Shown here: positions 16,204 through 23,283 of the stretch, in pieces | Position numbering within the stretch: the first letter of the stretch is position 1 | How the letters are laid out: every line of letters begins with the position of its first letter | Notes under the pieces: model-generated | Told to the model about the DNA's origin: nothing | Databases searched by the model: none | Seen by the model: only the letters and a program-made list of their open reading frames with translations | Assembly: GCA_025340205.1 (NCBI GenBank) | Contig: CP006868.1 | Location: forward strand, 1,410,001-1,442,000 | DNA length: 32,000 nucleotides | DNA from: Ignicoccus pacificus DSM 13166 | Lineage (GTDB): Archaea; Thermoproteota; Thermoprotei_A; Sulfolobales; Ignicoccaceae | Reading direction: 5' to 3' | Position numbers and translations under genes: made by a program

Positions 16204-16674
16204 ATGGTCCTATACTTGTACTTTGATGGTCTTTGTGAGCCCAAGAACCCCGGGGGAGTAGCCACCTACGGTTTTGTAATAAGGGACGAAAGTGGTAAGG
16301 TTATCTGCAAGGGTAAGGGAGCGATAGGGGCCGGTTTCTTAGGAGATGTAACGACGAATAACATAGCCGAGTATACCGCTTTGATAAAGGCCCTCGAGTG
16401 CTTAAGGGAAAAAGGCATTAAGGATAAGGTAATCATAAGGGGCGATTCACAATTGGTGATAAGACAGCTGAAAGGAGAGTACAGCGTCCGATCGGAGAGG
16501 ATTAAACCCCTCTTCCAAAGAGCGAAGGAGCTCTTAAGAGGTCTGGATTACGTGCTCGAGTGGGTTCCTAGAAGGCTAAACGAGGAGGCAGACGCATTGA
16601 GCAGGGAGGCCTTCCGCGAGTTCGTCAAAGGCAAGGAAGAGGAGTATTATCGGTATTATGGTAAGAGGCCTTAG
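16204..16674 (+). CDS. rnhA: Ribonuclease HI (archaeal type 1 RNase H)
   Basis: The DEDD residues sit in context: [22 protein letters not shown] and [11 protein letters not shown] 16204 gives about 156 aa, typical of archaeal RNase HI. The upstream ATG 16129 lies inside a TATA-like TTGTATTTATGCG. Confidence 0.8.
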   Translation: MVLYLYFDGLCEPKNPGGVATYGFVIRDESGKVICKGKGAIGAGFLGDVTTNNIAEYTALIKALECLREKGIKDKVIIRGDSQLVIRQLKGEYSVRSERIKPLFQRAKELLRGLDYVLEWVPRRLNEEADALSREAFREFVKGKEEEYYRYYGKRP

Positions 16675-17888
16675 ATTGTGTGGAACTGGAACTCCTTCTT
16701 CTGGCTTACCCTGTAGGTGGCCCCTATCCTCTTTGACAACACCTTCTCTATCGCCTTCTCGAAGTCCTCCATTGTAACCATCCTCCTTCCAGCCCTTATA
16801 GCGTTGTATCCGGCCTCGGTCACTATGGCCTTTATGTCCGCTCCCGTAGCGCCCTCCGTCATCTCCGCTATCTTCTCCAAGTTCACGTCTGGGGCCAGCT
16901 TCATCTTCCTCGTGTGTATTTGGAGTATCTCCAACCTTCCCTTCTTGTCCGGAGGCGGTATGTAGACTATCCTGTCGAACCTTCCGGGCCTCAGGATGGC
17001 CGGGTCCAGTATGTCCAGCCTGTTGGTAGCTGCTATCACAGCTACTCCGCTCAGGGGATCGAAGCCGTCGAGCTCGGCTAGGAGTTGCATCAAGGTCCTC
17101 TGAACTTCCCTCTCTCCGCTGGTTCCCATCTCTATTCTCTTAGCCGCTATAGCGTCTATCTCGTCAATGAACACTATGCTCGGAGCCTTCTTCCTAGCTA
17201 GGTTGAAGACGTCTCTGACTATCCTAGCTCCCTCTCCTATGAACTTGTTGATCAGCTCGCTTCCTACGACCCTTATGAAGGTGGCTCCCACTTCTCCCGC
17301 TACCGCTCTGGCGATGAGGGTCTTTCCACATCCGGGGGGACCGTAAAGCAACACCCCCTTGAGGGGCTCCACTCCAAGCTCTTTGAAGAGCTCCGGGTGC
17401 TTGAGCGGGAGCTCCACTACTTCCCTTACCTCTCTTAATTGGTCCTTCAGACCTCCCACGTCGCTGTACCTAGTCTTGGGTCTCTCCACTACCTCCATTG
17501 CCTTAATGTAAGGATCTTCAAGACCCTTGAGCACTTCCAATATCATGTTGCCTCTCTGGTTTATCGCTACGCTCACTCCGGGCTTCAAGAGCTCCCTAGG
17601 TACCCTAGAGCTTACCTCCACGACTAGGGTCGGCCCAGCGCTAGACTTGACCACCGCCCTTCCGTCTGGGAGGAAGTCCAGGAAGGTGGCCTCCAACAGG
17701 GGCGGATTAGCTATCTTGTTTACCTCGTTCTTCCAATGCTCAACCTCAGCTCTAAGCCTCTTGAGCTCCTTGGATAGCTTCATTATCTTCCTCTTCAGTG
17801 CCTCAGGGTCATCCTCGTCTATCTCGAAGTACTTGGGTTTGTGCCCCACGTTGTCATCTGGTAGCGACACCATACGCTTCCCTTTCAC
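16671..17888 (-). CDS. pan: Proteasome-activating nucleotidase (PAN, AAA+ ATPase)
   Basis: There is an N-terminal coiled coil ([19 protein letters not shown]) and an OB region. Walker A is GPPGCGKT and Walker B is IVFIDEID. The second region of homology is [19 protein letters not shown]. The start is GTG at 17888 or ATG at 17873. Confidence 0.92.
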   Translation of the reverse strand: MKGKRMVSLPDDNVGHKPKYFEIDEDDPEALKRKIMKLSKELKRLRAEVEHWKNEVNKIANPPLLEATFLDFLPDGRAVVKSSAGPTLVVEVSSRVPRELLKPGVSVAINQRGNMILEVLKGLEDPYIKAMEVVERPKTRYSDVGGLKDQLREVREVVELPLKHPELFKELGVEPLKGVLLYGPPGCGKTLIARAVAGEVGATFIRVVGSELINKFIGEGARIVRDVFNLARKKAPSIVFIDEIDAIAAKRIEMGTSGEREVQRTLMQLLAELDGFDPLSGVAVIAATNRLDILDPAILRPGRFDRIVYIPPPDKKGRLEILQIHTRKMKLAPDVNLEKIAEMTEGATGADIKAIVTEAGYNAIRAGRRMVTMEDFEKAIEKVLSKRIGATYRVSQKKEFQFHTI

Positions 17889-17905
17889 GCTATAGTCCTC
17901 CGGAG

Positions 17906-17914
17906 CCTTTATAG
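17906..17914 (-). promoter_or_regulatory. TATA-like element (CTATAAAGG on the minus strand) upstream of PAN
   Basis: The element lies about 20-40 nt upstream of the two candidate PAN start codons. Confidence 0.3.
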
Positions 17915-17976
17915 TTCTGTAGCACCGTCTTCTACTAGTCTTACCGGAAAGCGCGCCGCTTCAATCGCTCTTATCA

Positions 17977-17984
17977 TTTTAAAG
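17977..17984 (+). promoter_or_regulatory. TATA-like element (TTTTAAAG) upstream of the MBL-fold gene
   Basis: The element lies 30 nt upstream of ATG 18014. Confidence 0.35.
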
Positions 17985-18013
17985 AGTAGGAGAAAGGGTC
18001 TGGGGGAAGCTCT

Positions 18014-18958
18014 ATGCTCAAGCTCACTCCTCAAGACCATGAGAAGGTAAAGGCCGGAGAAGTGGAAGTAGTAAAGCTATTGGCTGATCCCATCGGAGTA
18101 GAGGAGAAGTACATAATGGCTTATATAGCTATAGGGAAGAACTCGAGAGTGCTAATAGAAACGGGTCCCAAGAAATCGTTCGATAGGCTCAAGGAGTCTC
18201 TAAAGGAAGTCGGAATAGAGATGAGGGAAATAGACGCAGTCTTCTTGACCCACATACACCTGGACCACGCCGGAGGAGCCGGCCTCGTAGCCAAGGAGTG
18301 TAACTGCCCCGTCTACGTTCACCCGAGAGGTCTTCCTCATTTAATAGATCCCAGCAAGCTGAACGCCGCTGCTGAGAGAACTCTCGGCGAGTTCGTCTTC
18401 AACGCCTATGGTCCGGCTGAGCCGCTGCCGGAGGAGTTTGCCAGGAGTACAGAGGAGAAGGTTTATTCGATTGGGGATGTAAACGTAAAGGTGATCTTCA
18501 CCCCCGGACACGCTCCTCATCACCAAGCGATCTTGATCAACGGAGTGCTGTTCCCTGGAGATGCCTTGGGAGAGGTGACCGTCTGGAGGGGAAGCTACTC
18601 CCCAACAACTCCCCACAGGACGTTACCCCCTATGATAATTGATTCTATAAGAAAGCTGATGTTTGAAAAAGTTAACTCTATAGCCTACACTCATAGAGGT
18701 ATAATAATAGGGAAGGAGGAAGCTCTTAAGCAAATGCATGGGGAGATAGAACAAATAAGGACTTGGCTCGAGGTCGCGAGGATACATTCTAAGGAATGTA
18801 AGTTGGACGTCGAATGTTACAAGAAGTACTTGCTCCTAGCAGATCCCCTTTACAAGGACTTGATGGAGAGCGGAGAGCTGGAGAAGAGCAAGCTGTTGCA
18901 AAACTCCATAAGGATGAGCATAGATGGAATAGCGAGGTACGTACAAGGAATAAAGTGA
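18014..18958 (+). CDS. Metallo-beta-lactamase-fold hydrolase
   Basis: THIHLDHAGG is the HxHxDH motif. The downstream TPGHAPHH and GD motifs are also present. Confidence 0.85.
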   Translation: MLKLTPQDHEKVKAGEVEVVKLLADPIGVEEKYIMAYIAIGKNSRVLIETGPKKSFDRLKESLKEVGIEMREIDAVFLTHIHLDHAGGAGLVAKECNCPVYVHPRGLPHLIDPSKLNAAAERTLGEFVFNAYGPAEPLPEEFARSTEEKVYSIGDVNVKVIFTPGHAPHHQAILINGVLFPGDALGEVTVWRGSYSPTTPHRTLPPMIIDSIRKLMFEKVNSIAYTHRGIIIGKEEALKQMHGEIEQIRTWLEVARIHSKECKLDVECYKKYLLLADPLYKDLMESGELEKSKLLQNSIRMSIDGIARYVQGIK

Positions 18959-19825
18959 TTACACGACTTTTATATAATCGAACATTCCTACCTTCATCTT
19001 GACCCTGACCACTCCCTTCCACTTCAACCTCTCCTTTATCACCTTCCCTATCTCTTCAGCGACCTTGTAACCGCTGAAGAGACCGACCTTGGAATTAGGA
19101 CTCTTTTCGGCTACCACGAGAGCATTTATCCTGTTCTCAGCTAGGTCGATAGTTATTATATAGTCCTTTACGATCAATCCCTTTGAAACTAGCAACGTCT
19201 TTATCAAGTCATCTAGGATAATATCGGCTACTACGTATAAGGTATGACCCTCGAGGCTTACGACAACAGCTAGGGGGTTGGGGAACCTCTCATTCTGAAG
19301 TATAGAGTTGAGATACTCGAGCACCAGCTTCGCCGCTCCCATCACGCTCGTCGATATCTTCTCGGTCCTCGTCAGCCTTACCTTTATCACCCACATGTTC
19401 ATATCTTCATCAAATTCTGAATCGACGTCAGTAACGGTAAACGGGAGCTTATCGCTCAGCTCTACCAAGGTCCACTTTAACTGCTCCGTTATCTTCTTCA
19501 CCCACTTTTCCTCAGTCATCTCCTCCTTCTTCTCTGCCTTTTCCTCTTCCTTCTTTTCTTCCTCCGCCTCCTTTGGTGTTACCTCCTCCTCAATTACTCT
19601 AGGCTTTACCTTCCTCTTACCCAGCTCCTCCAGCATCGGAAGGGGGAGAAACACCACGAAGGTATGATCCTCCGGCACGCTCTCTACGGTCTGCTTGTCT
19701 ACCACGACTAGGACGGGGTCATCAGTGGACAAGGAGACGACCTTTGCAGTGCCCCATTTCTTAACGAATTCCTTAAGCTCATCTCCCCTTAATATGATAA
19801 ATCCGGTCTTGGCCAAGACTATCAC
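18959..19825 (-). CDS. Hypothetical protein with a central Lys/Glu-rich linker
   Basis: 288-aa ORF. It has an N-terminal ~75-aa domain, the KE-rich segment EEEVTPKEAEEEKKEEEKAEKKEEMTEEK, and a ~180-aa C-terminal domain. No motif is recognised. Its stop abuts the MBL gene's stop with zero spacer. Confidence 0.65.
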   Translation of the reverse strand: MIVLAKTGFIILRGDELKEFVKKWGTAKVVSLSTDDPVLVVVDKQTVESVPEDHTFVVFLPLPMLEELGKRKVKPRVIEEEVTPKEAEEEKKEEEKAEKKEEMTEEKWVKKITEQLKWTLVELSDKLPFTVTDVDSEFDEDMNMWVIKVRLTRTEKISTSVMGAAKLVLEYLNSILQNERFPNPLAVVVSLEGHTLYVVADIILDDLIKTLLVSKGLIVKDYIITIDLAENRINALVVAEKSPNSKVGLFSGYKVAEEIGKVIKERLKWKGVVRVKMKVGMFDYIKVV

Positions 19826-19849
19826 CCGGATCAGGACGCTCGTGTAACC

Positions 19850-20449
19850 TCATCCCATGACGGTTAGCTCTTGGGCGGTCTTCATCCCCAGATACCTTAT
19901 GTTAGCGAGCTCTTCTAACACTATCTCCTCAAGCTCTATTACGTCTCTCCTCTTAGTAGCGGTAGCTACCCTCAGCGGTTTCCACGGACAAGTCATACTG
20001 CTAACCCTTCGCGCTATGTTAGCGCTGTTCCCGGATAAGAACTCTTCTATGTCCTCCTTGTCGCTCCCTGCTAACGGTCTTAATAAGACCTTTCCATTAG
20101 TTATAAAGCTCATGTTAGAAAGGGTCTGAGACGCTACTTGACCGACGCTATCTCCTATTATCAGCTCCTCGAAGAATTGGGATGCCTTCTCTATCATCCC
20201 TCTCTTACAAGCCTCGCAGAGGTAGTGGAACTTACCCGCTCTCTTGAGTCTCTCCCTAACACTCTTCAAGTAGGGTCTATGATCGAATAAGTATACCTCG
20301 ACTTCCGGGTTCTCGATGGCTAACGCCCTTAAGGCTAGCTTCGAAGCCTTAGGATCTACGATGAAATGAACTACGCTCTTCGGCCTTAATGCCCTCAGGA
20401 GGGCAAAGCTGTCCAAGCCTCCTGAGTAAAGAAGGGCTCGGTTGCTCAA
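19850..20449 (-). CDS. PP-loop ATP pyrophosphatase, ThiI-like catalytic domain only (no THUMP, no rhodanese)
   Basis: The PP-loop is SGGLDS. CEACKRGMIEKA matches the ThiI CxxCK..M motif. IIGDSVGQVASQTLSNM and LLRPLAGSDKEDI match ThiI blocks. The start is TTG. Confidence 0.75.
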   Translation of the reverse strand: MSNRALLYSGGLDSFALLRALRPKSVVHFIVDPKASKLALRALAIENPEVEVYLFDHRPYLKSVRERLKRAGKFHYLCEACKRGMIEKASQFFEELIIGDSVGQVASQTLSNMSFITNGKVLLRPLAGSDKEDIEEFLSGNSANIARRVSSMTCPWKPLRVATATKRRDVIELEEIVLEELANIRYLGMKTAQELTVMG

Positions 20450-20486
20450 CTTAGCGCTTCCTGGGAGGTATGGAAAAAGCGGTTCA

Positions 20487-20497
20487 TTTATAAAAAG
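20487..20497 (-). promoter_or_regulatory. TTTTTATAAAT element: T-run after the GYD gene and TATA box for the ThiI-like gene
   Basis: The element lies 4-14 nt after the GYD gene stop and about 38 nt upstream of TTG 20449. Confidence 0.3.
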
Positions 20498-20500
20498 GGG

Positions 20501-20794
20501 TTAGAGTTCATCTACATTTATTGAAGTATAAGTAGTCGTGTGGAATAGTCCATCGGCAGCCGCCTTCACCAAGGCCTTCGCTAACACCTTCTCGTTCTCA
20601 GCCTCTATCTTCATGGCTCCGTCGTAATCTCCCAAAAGGGCACAGTACTCAACTACCTTGACTCCTCCCTCCTCTATCTTGCTCTTGACCTTCTCGGCAA
20701 AGCCCTTGGGATCAGCCGAGAACTGCTCCACTCCTCTAGCCGTCAACTTGAAGAGTACCAGAAAGGTGTGGGTTCCCTCTGCCATCCTGCCCAC
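20501..20794 (-). CDS. GYD-domain protein
   Basis: 97 aa with the LLGDYDGAM (G-Y-D) motif and typical length. A GAGGTGGG SD lies upstream of the ATG. Confidence 0.75.
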   Translation of the reverse strand: MGRMAEGTHTFLVLFKLTARGVEQFSADPKGFAEKVKSKIEEGGVKVVEYCALLGDYDGAMKIEAENEKVLAKALVKAAADGLFHTTTYTSINVDEL

Positions 20795-21008
20795 CTCATG
20801 TTACATTATCGACCAATCAATTAAAAGCTATAAGTAAGAGAATCTTCGTAATCAAATCAAATACCAGAGTTTACGAAACTCCACCCCCATCAAGATGTTA
20901 GTATTACGATCCTTCACTATACAAAGATAGGCCCTTCCGTGCTTAGGTAAGAGGTGGCTCCCTTTTCACACCATAAACCTCGCTCCGAGGAGTCCAGAGG
21001 GTAGAGGC

Positions 21009-21413
21009 GTGGAAGCCAAGCACTGGAGATATTACTATGAGAAGATGCTCAAGGAAGCGCCTTTGGTAATTTATTATCCGACTTGCGGAGGGGGAGAGGA
21101 ATGCCTCTACGTATGCCCTAACAAGGACAGAGTATGGGAAATGGTTCCGATGAAGGTTACTTTATTCGGATTTAAAGAGGAGGTGAGGATGAGGCCGTTC
21201 ATGGCTCATCCGGAGAACTGTGCCAGATGCTTCCTATGTATGGAAGCCTGCCCCACCGGAGCCTTAAAGCCTTCCTCAGATCCACCAAAGCATCCTTATC
21301 TGGACCTGTTCGTTAACACAATCAAGCTCTTCTTTAAGAAGAGATACGGCTGGAGGTGGGTACTTAGAAAGGAGCACATCGAGAAGTTCAAGAAAAACAA
21401 CAACCTTACTTGA
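21009..21413 (+). CDS. 4Fe-4S ferredoxin-domain protein
   Basis: CARCFLCMEACPTG is a CxxCxxCxxxCP motif, and a second partial cluster is CGGGEECLYVCP. The start is GTG, so the start position is uncertain. Confidence 0.7.
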   Translation: MEAKHWRYYYEKMLKEAPLVIYYPTCGGGEECLYVCPNKDRVWEMVPMKVTLFGFKEEVRMRPFMAHPENCARCFLCMEACPTGALKPSSDPPKHPYLDLFVNTIKLFFKKRYGWRWVLRKEHIEKFKKNNNLT

Positions 21414-21858
21414 GGGGACTAGCGGCAGGGGCCTCGGGCTTGACTATTAGTACGCTCTTCCTACACGTTATTACGATCTTCGTCGAGACGCTGCCCAATA
21501 AGTAGCCGCTCACGTTTCCTAGTCCCCTAGACCCTAGTACCACCAAGTCCACGTCCTTTTCCATGGCAGTTTTCGTTATCTCATCCACAGGAGAGCCTTC
21601 CCTCACGACAAAGTCTACGTCTAAGTCGAATTCCTTCGCCTTCTCCTTTACCTCCTTTTCCAGCTTCTCAGCTCTTTCCTTTAGTGGCTTTAGAATTACG
21701 TCCTTATGCTCTATTGGAGGTATTACTCTGGTGTCAATTACGTGAACCACAGTGAGCTCGGCGTTATACTTCTTCGCCATATCGGCAGCCCATTCAAAGG
21801 CCTTCCAGCTAACTTCGGAGCTGTCGTGAGCCATCAAAATCTTCTTGATCATCTTCAT
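21406..21858 (-). CDS. Universal stress protein (UspA family)
   Basis: KKILMAHDSSEVS...AELTVVHV is the N-terminal USP pattern. The C-terminal ATP-binding motif is VLGSRGLGNVSGYLLGSVS. Confidence 0.85.
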   Translation of the reverse strand: MKMIKKILMAHDSSEVSWKAFEWAADMAKKYNAELTVVHVIDTRVIPPIEHKDVILKPLKERAEKLEKEVKEKAKEFDLDVDFVVREGSPVDEITKTAMEKDVDLVVLGSRGLGNVSGYLLGSVSTKIVITCRKSVLIVKPEAPAASPLK

Positions 21859-22055
21859 CCACCTAGGAGTAACATCCTGACTATCTTCTTGCTCCTCTCC
21901 ACGGCCTTCACTAGGGGCAGTATCACTTCCTTTGCTATGGCCACTTGCTCCTCATATTCCTCCTTCTTAGCCTTCAAGGTATTCTTAGTCACGAACTCCT
22001 TTAGCTTCTCATCTAGAAGGAAGCCTAGAGATTCCTCCTCCCTCACCTTGGGCAT
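21855..22055 (-). CDS. Small charged hypothetical protein (66 aa), coupled between the PIN-like and USP genes
   Basis: Its start lies 1 nt after the PIN-like stop. Its stop overlaps the USP start (ATGA at 21855-21858). It is helical and KE-rich. Confidence 0.5.
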   Translation of the reverse strand: MPKVREEESLGFLLDEKLKEFVTKNTLKAKKEEYEEQVAIAKEVILPLVKAVERSKKIVRMLLLGG

Positions 22056-22056
22056 C

Positions 22057-22584
22057 TCACAACACCTCCTCCTTTATTATCTGAGATAGCCTCTTAGGTG
22101 TAACAGCTTCTATCTCCTTGAGCTTCCTGTTTATGTTTATTCTGTTTACAGCGGTTACCACGCTCTTGTTGGCCATCCTCCTGCTATCCCAACTTACCAC
22201 GTAATCCGCCTCAGCTAGGGTAGCAGAAGCGAAGATCAGCAAGTTGGCGAAGTACTTCTCGGACAGAACGTCCTCCTCCAAGTAGGTCTTGGCTAGCTTC
22301 AATACCTCCTCGTGGTTGTCTTCCACTACCTTGACGTTGTACTTGCTGAGAACGCTCAAGGCGTGCCTAAGCCTGAACCATCCCATGTCTCCCAAGTAGA
22401 GGAGTTGTTCAAGCTCTAGCAATATGGGGGTACCAATGATCATCTTCCAGTCGGCTTGCTCCACCAGCTTCAGGAACTCCACGGTCTCATCGTGGAGCTT
22501 GTCCTCTAAGGCAGCGGCAGCTAGCAAGACGCTGCCGTCTAGGTATACGACCTTTTCCTCCCTTGCCAAGGCGCCGTTCCCCAT
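22057..22584 (-). CDS. PIN-domain-like protein (VapC-like, partly degenerate active site)
   Basis: VVYLDGSVLLAAA supplies the first Asp. TPILLELEQ supplies the Glu. FASATLAEADYVVSWDSR supplies the last Asp. The third acidic position appears to be Asn (FANLL). ATG 22584 is preferred because a TATA box lies inside the longer ORF. Confidence 0.55.
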   Translation of the reverse strand: MGNGALAREEKVVYLDGSVLLAAAALEDKLHDETVEFLKLVEQADWKMIIGTPILLELEQLLYLGDMGWFRLRHALSVLSKYNVKVVEDNHEEVLKLAKTYLEEDVLSEKYFANLLIFASATLAEADYVVSWDSRRMANKSVVTAVNRININRKLKEIEAVTPKRLSQIIKEEVL

Positions 22585-22604
22585 GCTATTAGCTTCAACG
22601 GGAG

Positions 22605-22612
22605 ATTTATAG
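22605..22612 (-). promoter_or_regulatory. TATA box (CTATAAAT) for the PIN-like operon
   Basis: The box ends about 20 nt upstream of ATG 22584, which implies a leaderless or near-leaderless transcript. Confidence 0.4.
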
Positions 22613-22675
22613 GTGGAGCACACAATATCAAGGTAGCTCCATGATTATTTGGTGTACTTCTATCTTCAAGCAAGT

Positions 22676-22683
22676 AAAAAATA
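22676..22683 (-). terminator. Oligo-T tract (TATTTTTT) after the small membrane protein gene
   Basis: The T-run starts 6 nt after the stop at 22689. Confidence 0.35.
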
Positions 22684-22688
22684 TGAGA

Positions 22689-23030
22689 TTAGCAAAGTAA
22701 GGCGGCTAGTATGGCATCCGCCAGCAGGAGGAAGAGCAGAGGAACGTGCTGCATCGCTAGCTTTTCCACACCATAGGGGCTGATTATGCTCCTAGATACC
22801 CTTCCAGCGACGAAGGCAGAGTATAGAGTCAACCAAGGGTATACGTTCATTCCTCCGAGAATTGCGGCAGTGAAGGCACCGTATATGAAGGCATAAATGA
22901 CGTTTTCGTAAAAGAGTATTGTTGGGAATTCCTTTATGAGACCGGTTACGTGAGCTATATCAATTCCAATAAAGCCTATGATGAGTATTGCGTTAAGGGC
23001 TATGAGCGCCATCGAAAGCGCGGACGTCAT
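22689..23030 (-). CDS. Small integral membrane protein (about 4 TM helices)
   Basis: 113 aa and almost wholly hydrophobic. It is divergent from the decarboxylase gene. Confidence 0.65.
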   Translation of the reverse strand: MTSALSMALIALNAILIIGFIGIDIAHVTGLIKEFPTILFYENVIYAFIYGAFTAAILGGMNVYPWLTLYSAFVAGRVSRSIISPYGVEKLAMQHVPLLFLLLADAILAALLC

Positions 23031-23283
23031 TCAGCTTCCCTTTCTTCCCCATTCCTCCCTCTGATTAAATAGATCCTCGTTCTCTTCTACAACCCTTTCG
23101 TGAGGGAAGGTTAAGTCTAGAGGATTGGTCTCGCTGGGGATGAACTCATCCTTCACCGCTAGCCCTCAGAGGGAGTCTACATGCTTGTTTATATTTGTAT
23201 ATGTAACTCTCCCACTCAGATCCCAGTGTAACAATGGTGGGATTAAAAAGCTTTTAATCAACACAAGGAACTCCTCTCGGCTG

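Noticed and set aside
19505-19591. Purine-rich, repetitive-looking stretch, checked as a possible tandem DNA repeat
   Set aside because: It is codon-level low complexity encoding a Lys/Glu-rich linker (EEKKEEEKAEKKEE) inside the 288-aa ORF. No unit-length DNA repeat is present.
20795-21008. 214-nt non-coding gap, scanned for tRNA, C/D boxes, repeats and small ORFs
   Set aside because: I found only promoter-like A/T elements for the divergent GYD and ferredoxin genes, plus a trivial 5-bp hairpin (cctcg ctc cgagg). There is no cloverleaf or box architecture.
23125-23283. 53-codon N-terminal extension of the decarboxylase ORF (TTG/alternative start)
   Set aside because: The extension is A/T-rich and contains TATA-like elements (TTTATATT, TTAAAAAG). 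Homology to tyrosine decarboxylases begins right after ATG 23284.
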